64,000 bases of DNA, taken from NCBI GenBank assembly GCA_046045965.1, contig JBJOKS010000011.1, positions 87,681-151,680 on the forward strand, in the 5' to 3' direction. Below, one piece after another: positions 31,578-40,500 of the stretch. The translations under genes and the position numbers were made by a program. Origin of the DNA: Cyanobacteriota bacterium. Lineage in GTDB: Bacteria > Cyanobacteriota > Cyanobacteriia > Cyanobacteriales > Nostocaceae. Position 1 is the first letter of the stretch; the number at the start of each line of letters is the position of its first letter. A model generated the notes under the pieces. It did not search any database and was not told the DNA's origin. It saw nothing but the letters and a program-made list of their open reading frames with translations.

Positions 31578-31591
31578 TCTGGTATTGTTAT

Positions 31592-31657
31592 AGATGCCCG
31601 ACTTCTGCAATAAGATCATCATTTATTAATTTGATTACGCTAAGAAGTCGGGGATCT
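31592..31657. repeat. Palindromic dispersed repeat with long loop
   Basis: AGATGCCCGACTTCT...AGAAGTCGGGGATCT between convergent genes. Confidence 0.75.
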
Positions 31658-31671
31658 TATTTCGTCGGTTT

Positions 31672-33108
31672 CTAACCACCACCAAAAACTTCTACATTTG
31701 CAAATACACAAACAGGTGAACCATGTCCTACCCAAATAGTTTGGTTTGGTTCTCCTTTACCGCAGAATGGTGTACCATACATTTGCCAGTTAGAATCATT
31801 TCCTACCTTAATTAAACTATGCCAAAATTCGGGCGTAGTAGCTCTATAATTAGGATTACGCAAGGTTTTAGTAAGTTTACCGTTTTCAATTAACTTCGCA
31901 TATTCACAACCAAATTGAAATTTATGTCTTCTATCATCAATTGACCAAGAACGGTTAGACTCCATGTAAACACCATGTTCTATATCTGCTATCATTTCTG
32001 GAAAATTGGCGTTTCCTGGTTCTAAATTTAGGTTAGCCATTCTATCAATTGGTGGACGATTCCAAGAAGTAGCACGCGCACAAGCTACACCCGGTAAACC
32101 TGAGCGAGTTTGACTTTCTAAACTGCCTAAACCTCTTTGTAAAATGCCATCTTTAATGATATATTCTCTGGTGGCTTTTGTACCAGTATCATCAAAATTA
32201 TAACTAGCAAATTCACCTTCAACTGTAGGATCAAAAGTAATATTCATTAAAGGTGAACCATATTGTAATTTACCAAAATCTTCGGGTTTCACAAAACTAC
32301 CACCTGCGTAGTTGCGCTCATCTCCTAAAATGCGATCAATCTCTAAAGGATGTCCTACACTTTCATGAATTTGCAGCATCATTTGATCTGGTGCTAAAAC
32401 TAAATTAGTGCGTGTATCTGGACATTCTTCTGCTGTTAATAATTCTAATCCTTGTTCGGCAATTTGTTGGACTCGATGCCATAAGTTATCTTGTTTTAAT
32501 ACTTCCCATCCACCTTGATAACAATTAGCGTGTATTCCGTTATTACTACGTTGTTGTACAACATTACCATCTTGGGCTATAACACCAAAATGATTGCCTA
32601 AAGAAATGATTTTTTGATAAACTTCTGAACCGTTACTACTAACAAACCAAGTTTCTTTTTCGCTAGTGTCAATATTGGCTATAGTTTGAACAATTTTATC
32701 GCTAATTTTTAAGCTGTGACAAATTCTAATTAATAAATCATTTATTTCTCCTGGACTAATAGCGTCTAATGGTTCAAAGAAAGGTGAGTTATATTCACCG
32801 ACGACTTTAGGACGGGTATTTTCACTAAAGGGATAAATCCAAAATTCACTTGCTGCAATTGCTTGTTTATAAGCTATTTCTGCCGCATTTTGCAATGATG
32901 ATAATGTTAAGGAGTTGGTAGCAGCATAACCGATACTGCCATTTACCATCACTTCTATCATTGCTCCCATTGTCAATGATTTACCGTTACTTTGGGGTAA
33001 ACCATCTCTGACAAAATGAGTTCTGGTTGTTTCTTTGACGGCGCGGATACCGATCCAATCAGCAGGAATGTTAAAATTAGATATGGCGGTTGTTAGTTCT
33101 TTCCACAT
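31672..33108 (-). CDS. tldD: TldD/PmbA family metalloprotease (TldD-like)
   Basis: HESVGH metal motif, PIDRMANLNLEPG and CGKGEP. Confidence 0.88.
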   Translation of the reverse strand: MWKELTTAISNFNIPADWIGIRAVKETTRTHFVRDGLPQSNGKSLTMGAMIEVMVNGSIGYAATNSLTLSSLQNAAEIAYKQAIAASEFWIYPFSENTRPKVVGEYNSPFFEPLDAISPGEINDLLIRICHSLKISDKIVQTIANIDTSEKETWFVSSNGSEVYQKIISLGNHFGVIAQDGNVVQQRSNNGIHANCYQGGWEVLKQDNLWHRVQQIAEQGLELLTAEECPDTRTNLVLAPDQMMLQIHESVGHPLEIDRILGDERNYAGGSFVKPEDFGKLQYGSPLMNITFDPTVEGEFASYNFDDTGTKATREYIIKDGILQRGLGSLESQTRSGLPGVACARATSWNRPPIDRMANLNLEPGNANFPEMIADIEHGVYMESNRSWSIDDRRHKFQFGCEYAKLIENGKLTKTLRNPNYRATTPEFWHSLIKVGNDSNWQMYGTPFCGKGEPNQTIWVGHGSPVCVFANVEVFGGG

Positions 33109-33247
33109 AGATTCAATTAAAAATTAAAAATTGTTTTTTATCTCACGCAGAGGCGCAGAGGCGCAGAGAATAGTAGTAATATAACGCACCAATTTTTTTA
33201 ATGAAGGTGCGTTACGGATTTTACTTACCTTAACTCATTCTACAATG

Positions 33248-34720
33248 CTACAATTTTATAGGTTTAATTACAGGATGCCATAAAGTTCCATCTTTTGTAT
33301 CAGTTAATGCAATACCTTTTGCTAAAAGTTCATCACGAATGCGATCACTTTCTGCAAAGTTTTTAGATTTTCTTGCCTCCTGTCTTTTCTGAATTAATTC
33401 CTCAATTTCTGCGTCACTTAAACCATCAGTTGCAGGTTTTTCTTCTTCAAATGTGGCTGTTAAACCTAAAACATCTGCTAATGTTACTAAGGTTTGCCAT
33501 TGTTTTAATAATTCATCAGCAGGAGTTTCTGTTTTTCCTTGATGAACAATGATATTTCCTTCTTTTCTGAGTTCTTTAGCTAATTCAAAAATGACCGCTA
33601 AACCACCAGGAAAGTTAAAATCATCATCCACTGCGTTGGTAAATTTCTCAACTTCAGTTTTATCAATGTTGGCGTTATTTAATTCGATATTTTTCCAACC
33701 CAACTTTTCACCATGTTGATGTCCAAAAAGTAATCCTTCCTTAATAGTATGCCAGCCATTTGTTGCTGCTAAAATTGCTTCATCTGTGAAATCAATGGGT
33801 TTACGATATTGTGCCATTAACACAAATAATCTTAATGCCATTGGGTCAACTCCACGATCTAATAAATCGCGGATTGTGGTAAAATTGCCTAAAGATTTAG
33901 ACATTTTTTCCCCATCAACTTTGACCATGCCATTGTGTAACCAATAGTTGGCTAAAGGTTTACCGGTTACTGCTTCTGATTGGGCAATTTCGTTTTCATG
34001 GTGTGGGAAAATTAAGTCAGCACCACCAGCATGAATATCTATCGTATCACCCAGGCGATCGCGTACCATTGCAGAACATTCTATGTGCCATCCGGGGCGG
34101 CCTTTTCCCCAAGGTGACTCCCACGCAGGTTCGCTAGGTTTTGCAGCTTTCCACAAAGCAAAATCAAAGGGATCTTTCTTTTTCTGATATTCTGGATCTT
34201 CTACATTTACCCTTTCGCTTGCACCTGCTTGTAAATCTTCTAATTTCCGTCCTGAAAGTTTACCGTATTGATCAAACTTTCGCACTGCATAATAAACATC
34301 ACCATCCGCAGGGTAAGCAAAACCCTTGGTTTCTAAATCATGAATTAATCTTTGGATACCATTCATGGTATGTGTAGCACGGGGATATTCATCTGCTTCT
34401 TTTATCCCCAAACGCCCCATATCTTCAAAATATGCCTGAATATAGCGTTCTGATACCGCTTCCATTGTTGATTTTTCTTCCCGTGCGCGGTTGAGAATTT
34501 TATCATCAATATCCGTAAAATTCTGGATATAACGCACGTCATAACCAATAAATTGTAAATAGCGACGCACTACATCCCAAACAATACACGCTCTAGCATG
34601 ACCCAAATGGCAATAATCATAAACCGTCACACCGCAATAATACATCTTTACCTTACCGGGTTCGACGGTTTTAAATTCTTCTTGACGACGGGTGAGAGTA
34701 TTGTAAATAGATAGGGTCAT
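33248..34720 (-). CDS. cysS: Cysteine--tRNA ligase
   Basis: CGVTVYD, HLGH, GRPGWHIECSAM and KMSKS motifs. Confidence 0.98.
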   Translation of the reverse strand: MTLSIYNTLTRRQEEFKTVEPGKVKMYYCGVTVYDYCHLGHARACIVWDVVRRYLQFIGYDVRYIQNFTDIDDKILNRAREEKSTMEAVSERYIQAYFEDMGRLGIKEADEYPRATHTMNGIQRLIHDLETKGFAYPADGDVYYAVRKFDQYGKLSGRKLEDLQAGASERVNVEDPEYQKKKDPFDFALWKAAKPSEPAWESPWGKGRPGWHIECSAMVRDRLGDTIDIHAGGADLIFPHHENEIAQSEAVTGKPLANYWLHNGMVKVDGEKMSKSLGNFTTIRDLLDRGVDPMALRLFVLMAQYRKPIDFTDEAILAATNGWHTIKEGLLFGHQHGEKLGWKNIELNNANIDKTEVEKFTNAVDDDFNFPGGLAVIFELAKELRKEGNIIVHQGKTETPADELLKQWQTLVTLADVLGLTATFEEEKPATDGLSDAEIEELIQKRQEARKSKNFAESDRIRDELLAKGIALTDTKDGTLWHPVIKPIKL

Positions 34721-34908
34721 AATATAAGGGATCAGGCAATCTAACGATTAGCAATGATAGCGTATGTGGTGAGTAACCGGATAGGGAAATGAAATTGAAT
34801 TAAGAGCGACTTAAGAGCGATCGCCCTTATCATCTATGATATCTGATGTAGTTCTATAGATAATTGCCAGTAATATCATGTAATATCTTCAGCCGAGTTT
34901 GGTAAATT

Positions 34909-35096
34909 ATGATTCAATCTTTACCCAAAACTAAACCAGTAACTTTTCCACAGTTGGCGTAATTTAACCCTAGAACACAATGATTTAACTTTATATTTAG
35001 CTTTAGGTAGAATTTCTGATATGGCAAATCTTCAAAAACCAACTATTGCTATTGATAATTTAACCAATGCAAAAAACAATTTAAACAATTTCTAAA
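34909..35096 (+). pseudogene. Chimeric remnant: Uma2 N-terminus joined to an unrelated fragment
   Basis: ATG at 34909 gives MIQSLPKTKPVTF, like the Uma2 starts MVQTIIKPVTF and MIQTLSKVITF, then a stop at 34960; another frame reads LYLALGRISDMANLQ...AIDNLTNAK. Confidence 0.55.
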
Positions 35097-35223
35097 TGAT
35101 GCAAACAATGATTCAAAAAATGATAAAATAACTATCTAACAAACGTTTCCTGATTGACAATTAACAGCTACTCGGATTTTTGCAAATCAAGCTAACATTC
35201 AAAATAGACTCAAATCCTACTTC

Positions 35224-36345
35224 ATGACTATGACATCAGCAGTTAGTACCGAATCTCAAACGATGGAGGCGATCAAACAAGGATTGCCAGTAACAATTAT
35301 CACTGGTTTTCTAGGCAGTGGTAAAACCACTTTACTCAATCATATTTTGACTAATCAGCAAGGTTTAAAAACCGCAGTTTTAGTTAATGAATTTGGTGAA
35401 ATTGGCATTGATAATGAGTTAATTGTTGCCACTGATGATAACATGGTGGAACTCAGCAATGGTTGTATTTGTTGCACCATTAATAATGATTTAGTTGATG
35501 CTGTTTACCAAGTTTTAGAAAGAGAAGAAAAGATAGATTATCTAGTAGTTGAAACCACAGGATTAGCAGATCCTTTACCTGTAGCAATGACATTTTTGGG
35601 TTCAGAACTGCGAGATTTAACCCGTCTAGATTCCATCATCACCGTAGTCGATGCAGCAAATTATAGCTTGGATTTATTTAATTCTCAAGCTGCATTTAGT
35701 CAAATTAATTATGGTGATGTAATTCTGCTCAATAAAGCAGATTTGGTTGATGAACCTAAATTAAAAGATTTAGAAAGGAAGATTAACGAAATTAAGGAAG
35801 GATCAAGAATTATTAGAACTACAAATTCCCAAGTTCCACTTCCTTTGATCCTCAGTGTTGGTTTATTTGAATCTGACAAATATTTTGATTCAGACGAACA
35901 CGAACATGATCACGATCATGATCATTCTAACTGTGAACATGAACATCACAATCATGATCATTCTAACTGTGAACATGAACATCATGATCATGATCATCAT
36001 CATCACCACCATTCTGATCATTTAGAAAATGATGGTTTTGTCTCCATATCTTTTGAAAGTGATAAACCTTTTGCAATTAGAAAATTTCAATATTTCTTAG
36101 ATAACCAACTACCCACAAATGTCTTTCGTGCTAAAGGTATTATGTGGTTTGATGAAAGTCCCCAACGGCACATTTTTCACCTGTGCGGTAAACGCTTCAC
36201 CATTGATGATGATCAGTGGAAAGGTGAAAAGAAAAATCAAATAGTTTTAATTGGTCAAAATTTGGACAAAGAAACTTTACTTAAACAATTAGAAAATTGT
36301 TTGTGTTTACCTTCTGTGAGTAAAGGTAAAGGGTTTGGAAAATAA
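35224..36345 (+). CDS. CobW/COG0523 family metallochaperone GTPase
   Basis: GFLGSGKTT, NEFGE, GCICC and ETTG motifs; His-rich linker. Confidence 0.93.
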   Translation: MTMTSAVSTESQTMEAIKQGLPVTIITGFLGSGKTTLLNHILTNQQGLKTAVLVNEFGEIGIDNELIVATDDNMVELSNGCICCTINNDLVDAVYQVLEREEKIDYLVVETTGLADPLPVAMTFLGSELRDLTRLDSIITVVDAANYSLDLFNSQAAFSQINYGDVILLNKADLVDEPKLKDLERKINEIKEGSRIIRTTNSQVPLPLILSVGLFESDKYFDSDEHEHDHDHDHSNCEHEHHNHDHSNCEHEHHDHDHHHHHHSDHLENDGFVSISFESDKPFAIRKFQYFLDNQLPTNVFRAKGIMWFDESPQRHIFHLCGKRFTIDDDQWKGEKKNQIVLIGQNLDKETLLKQLENCLCLPSVSKGKGFGK

Positions 36346-36435
36346 ATTAGGTAATTGGTAATTGGTAATGGGTAATTGGTAACAAACTTTTTATCCCATT
36401 ATCCCATCTTCTTCTAAATTCTAAATTCTCCCAAT

Positions 36436-36888
36436 ATGCGCGTAATTGTTCAACGAGTTAAATCATCCCAAGTAACTGTAAATGGGGAAATTATCGGTAA
36501 AATTGGTAGAGGTTTAAATTTACTAGTTGGTATTTCTAACACTGATACTGAAAATGAAATAAATTGGATGGTCAGGAAATGTTTGGAATTAAGATTATTT
36601 CCTGACTTAGAAACTGGTAAACCTTGGCAAAAATCTGTACAAGAAATTGATGGAGAATTATTAGTAATTAGTCAGTTTACCTTATATGGTGATTGTAAAA
36701 AAGGTCGTCGTCCATCTTTTGATCAGTCTGCTGCACCAAATTTAGCAGAGGAATTATATAACAGTTTTGTTTACAAATTAAAGGAAAGTGGTTTAACTGT
36801 AGAAACTGGTAAGTTTGGGGCAATGATGTTAGTAGATATTGAAAATGATGGGCCTGTGACTTTAATTTTAGAAAGAGAAAATGAGTAA
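36436..36888 (+). CDS. dtd: D-aminoacyl-tRNA deacylase
   Basis: [13 protein letters not shown] and NDGPVT motifs. Confidence 0.96.
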   Translation: MRVIVQRVKSSQVTVNGEIIGKIGRGLNLLVGISNTDTENEINWMVRKCLELRLFPDLETGKPWQKSVQEIDGELLVISQFTLYGDCKKGRRPSFDQSAAPNLAEELYNSFVYKLKESGLTVETGKFGAMMLVDIENDGPVTLILERENE

Positions 36889-36922
36889 AAGCTGCTTATA
36901 AATTTGAGATAGCTAATAAAAT

Positions 36923-36960
36923 AGGCGATCGCTATTAGTTCCAGTAACTAGCGATCGCCT
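36923..36960. terminator. Hairpin built from two HIP1 sites
   Basis: AGGCGATCGCTA-N14-TAGCGATCGCCT after dtd. Confidence 0.55.
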
Positions 36961-37147
36961 GTATTTTTTTGGCATATATTACATTTCCTGATTGAATATC
37001 TTTTTAAATATTAGTCATATCAATAATGTTGGATGATAACTATCGGTATGACAATAATTATGTTTCGTAAAATACATGATATACATAACAACGGAGTGAT
37101 AAACTGCCATTATATAGATAAAATATACCCTTTCACTTTTCCACTTT

Positions 37148-38554
37148 ATGGATTTGAACTTAGATCAGGCAATTAAAATTGCTAACCAAGCAGTTTTGAC
37201 AAAATTTTATAGAAACTTAACTGATGTTGAAATAATAGTAATTAAAGGAGCTTGGGAAAGAGAAGAATATCAGGAAATTGCAGCTAAAAGTAAATATGCT
37301 GCCAGTTATCTGAGCCAAGATATTGCACCCCAACTTTGGAAATTACTGACAGAAGCTCTAGGCGAAAAAGTTAAAAAAAGTAATTTTAAAGAAGCACTAA
37401 AACGACATTGGGAAAAGCAATGTTGGGATAGACAATTTACAGATGAATTTTTATTAAAAAAACCAGAATTAATTACTGTTAATAGCCTACAGCACAATAC
37501 CAATTTGAAAGAAGCTAATACTTCTCTATCTTTAACTCTAACTAAACTCAAATTACCAATTTCAGAATTATATCTAGAGCGTTTTGCCATTGAATTTCTC
37601 TGCTATAAAACTCTCTTGCAACCTGGTTCTTTGATTCGGGTTAAAGCACCTAAACTGATGGGTAAAACTTCCCTGATGGAACGGGTATTAAATCAAATTT
37701 CAAAGCAAGGCTATCGCACAGTCAGTTTAAGTTTAGAAATGGCGGATAGGAAAAATCACTTCACTGATCTGAATAAATTATTGCGTTGGTTATGTCTCAA
37801 TCTTAGCCGAGAACTTAACTTACCCAATCAGTTAGATGAATATTGGGATGAAGAAGGTATGGGTGCTAAGGTAAATTGTACAATTTATTTAGAAGCATAT
37901 CTATTGGACGCAGATGATAGTCCTCTATTTTTATGCTTAGATGATGTTGACGTGCTTTTTGCTTATCCTGAAATTTATGAAGACTTTTTTGGGTTGTTGC
38001 GTTCTTGGCATGAAAAAGCTAGAAGCTGTGCCAACTGGCAAAAACTCCGGGTAGCGATCGCTTATCGGACTGATGTTTATATCCGGCGGAATATTCATCA
38101 ATCGCCTTTTAATGTAGGATTAACCATAGAATTACCAGAATTAACAAAAGAGGAAGTTCAGATATTGGCGCAACAATATGGATTAGCTGAAGATTCATCT
38201 ATAGTAAATTCATTAATGGAAATGGTAGGTGGTCATCCTTATTTATTGCAACAGGCATTTATTCACCTGAAAAATTATCCTGATATTACCCTGGAAAATT
38301 TGTTAGCAGAAACCCCTACCGATGCAGGTATTTATCGTTATCATTTAAGAGAATTTTGGTTAAGTTTGCAACTGCAACCAAACCTGATCACGGCATTGGA
38401 AACGGTGATTAATTCTACTCAACCAGTGCGATTAGAAACAATCTCAGCTTATCAGTTGCATAGTCTGGGTTTAGTAAAACTTGTGGGTAATAAAGTAGAA
38501 CCCCGTTGTCAATTGTATCGGAGTTATTTTAGTGATGTAATTGGTGGAAGTTAG
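37148..38554 (+). CDS. AAA-like (AAA_35/STAND-type) NTPase with N-terminal HTH-like domain
   Basis: N-terminal LWKLLTEALGEKVKKSNF; Walker A-like APKLMGKTS, Walker B LCLDDVD, SPFNVG and GGHPYL. Confidence 0.85.
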   Translation: MDLNLDQAIKIANQAVLTKFYRNLTDVEIIVIKGAWEREEYQEIAAKSKYAASYLSQDIAPQLWKLLTEALGEKVKKSNFKEALKRHWEKQCWDRQFTDEFLLKKPELITVNSLQHNTNLKEANTSLSLTLTKLKLPISELYLERFAIEFLCYKTLLQPGSLIRVKAPKLMGKTSLMERVLNQISKQGYRTVSLSLEMADRKNHFTDLNKLLRWLCLNLSRELNLPNQLDEYWDEEGMGAKVNCTIYLEAYLLDADDSPLFLCLDDVDVLFAYPEIYEDFFGLLRSWHEKARSCANWQKLRVAIAYRTDVYIRRNIHQSPFNVGLTIELPELTKEEVQILAQQYGLAEDSSIVNSLMEMVGGHPYLLQQAFIHLKNYPDITLENLLAETPTDAGIYRYHLREFWLSLQLQPNLITALETVINSTQPVRLETISAYQLHSLGLVKLVGNKVEPRCQLYRSYFSDVIGGS

Positions 38555-38679
38555 GTAAATATCAATCACCTGAGTTTTAGAGGATGTTTTAAAAGTCTCT
38601 CATGATGTATCAAACATTTTCAGATCCCCCTATATCCCCCTTAAAAAGGGGGACTTTGACTCAAAAGATTTGTATTTTT

Positions 38680-39534
38680 CTACAAATTTTCTGTGTTCTC
38701 TTGTGCGGATAACCTAACAGATTCTACGTTAACATTGAGTTTTTGAGCAATCTCTTCTACACTCATTCCTGTTTTTAGCAACAGGGGGACGGTAACTTTC
38801 AACATTTCCGCTTCCCGTTCTTCTCGACCTTGTTCTCGACCTTGTTCTCGACCTTGTTCTCGACCTTGTTCTCGACCCTCAGCTTTCGCTTCTTGGTAAA
38901 TCCTTGTTTCCTCTAAAGTCACTCCCAGCATAGCTTCTACTTCCTCCCTACTCAAAGATGAAAATTTGTAAACAGCAATCGTGGTGATAATATCTATGAT
39001 TTCGTGTTTCGGCAGTGAGCCAGTTGACTCTAATTGTACCCGTTGAATTAGTAGACGCGCTTGCTCTGCCATGACTTTTTCTGAGGCGATGGTCAACTGC
39101 ATTAAATTAATACCTATTGGTAGAGTATCAAAAGTTCCTAACTCATCCAGATAAATACACTGCACTTGGTCGCTGTTCAAAAACATTCGATGGGTTCTTG
39201 TATCCTTTGGTGATAAGCTACGTGATGGAAAAATTATCACACAGTACCAATCATCGTATTGATACTGATTTCGGTACAAATACGTCAGTGACTCAGTAAA
39301 AAACCGATGATAGAGAGCTTCGTCCTTCTGAAATTGAACTTCGGCAAAAAAGATAACTCTGGGTGTTGCGCCTTCTGGTGGTAAAAAGACCCCATCAATC
39401 CTAAAGGCGGTTTCTTTCACTTCAACTGACTCAAACCGATAATTTTGCACCTGTTCGGGACGGTTATCAACGAGTTCAAATATTAACGCTGGAAATCGCT
39501 TGAAAATTTGGTAATAAATGGAGTCACGTTTCAC
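38680..39534 (-). CDS. Rpn family recombination-promoting nuclease (DUF2887-type)
   Basis: MKRDSIYYQIF, FRIDGVF and FAEVQFQKD; EGREQG repeats and an HTH-like tail. Confidence 0.9.
   Translation of the reverse strand: MKRDSIYYQIFKRFPALIFELVDNRPEQVQNYRFESVEVKETAFRIDGVFLPPEGATPRVIFFAEVQFQKDEALYHRFFTESLTYLYRNQYQYDDWYCVIIFPSRSLSPKDTRTHRMFLNSDQVQCIYLDELGTFDTLPIGINLMQLTIASEKVMAEQARLLIQRVQLESTGSLPKHEIIDIITTIAVYKFSSLSREEVEAMLGVTLEETRIYQEAKAEGREQGREQGREQGREQGREEREAEMLKVTVPLLLKTGMSVEEIAQKLNVNVESVRLSAQENTENL
38821..38877 (-). repeat. 12-bp coding tandem repeat x5 (GREQ)
   Basis: (GGTCGAGAACAA)n within the Rpn gene. Confidence 0.9.
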
Positions 39535-39795
39535 TGATATATCGAAATAGGTGAATTATTTAAGTATTCATTTTATCAGTAACAGCAATACCTGATTGGG
39601 TGGAAATTTTCCTATAATTAGTGTAGCCCATATTTTATCAGCGATGTCTAAGGCGGTTTGTTCGGTGACGCACTTCAATTTTCCATGATTAAAGCGATCG
39701 CTATAAAGTGTTCATTTCACTGCCGCAATCCTGTAAATAAATAAAATAATGTGAGATATAATTAATTTGTCATTCAATCAATCTATATTAACTTG

Positions 39796-39923
39796 GTAAG
39801 GATTCAGGATACAGAATACAGAATTAATGAGAGTTTTTGATTCATTGGTTTTTGACGAAAAAACTTGCTCCTGTAGATTCCTGCTACAAAAAATATTCTT
39901 CCTCCTGACTCCTGAATTCTTAC
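39796..39923. mobile_element. MITE-like element (ends GTAAGGATTCAGGA / TCCTGAATTCTTAC)
   Basis: 14-bp imperfect terminal inverted repeats, non-coding interior. Confidence 0.65.
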
Positions 39924-39933
39924 TTAACTTGCT

Positions 39934-40176
39934 ATGGATTATTTAAACCTACGCACAAAAGTCATTACAGAAATAAATCTTGTCCCATCAGATAAATTAG
40001 AAGAATTATATAACTTTATTCATTATTTTCGATTAGGTATAGAAGTATCTCAACCTTCACTTAACAAAAGTATGCAGTTTGCTGGCTGTTGGAATGATAT
40101 GACAGATATTGTCACAAATAATATCAGAGATTTTGGAAAAATAGAAAACTTAGAAATTCAAGATTGGAGTAAGTAA
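39934..40176 (+). pseudogene. Collapsed toxin-antitoxin pair (antitoxin N-terminus fused to PIN toxin C-terminus)
   Basis: EINLVPSDKLEELYNFIHYFR...FAGCWNDM is antitoxin-like; IVTNNIRDFGKIENLEIQDWS is a VapC/PIN C-terminus. Confidence 0.7.
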
Positions 40177-40500
40177 TATTACAATTTGCTACGCCTATTA
40201 CTTATGATTGTAAATAAAAGGCGATCACCGAAGGTGGGCGTTCCGCCATCGCTCTCTGGGACAGGTAGGGGTGGTGCGTTACTTCGTTGACCTACCCTAC
40301 AAGATCCTCTTACCTTTTCTTTTGATTTCTGACAACTTCCCAAGCTGCATCGTTTATAGAACGCATTTGCATTACGAAATCGAAATCTTTGGATTCTATA
40401 GCCATCAATTGTTGCGCTGATGACCAACGTTGTAGCATTCCCTGACTCAATTTGGGAATCTTTCAACTTACCAGCAAATTTCCTCCCCAAAAATCCCCCA

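Noticed and set aside
35051..35140. Possible Zur box upstream of the CobW gene
   Set aside because: Only half-matches to TGATAATNATTATCA in very AT-rich DNA.
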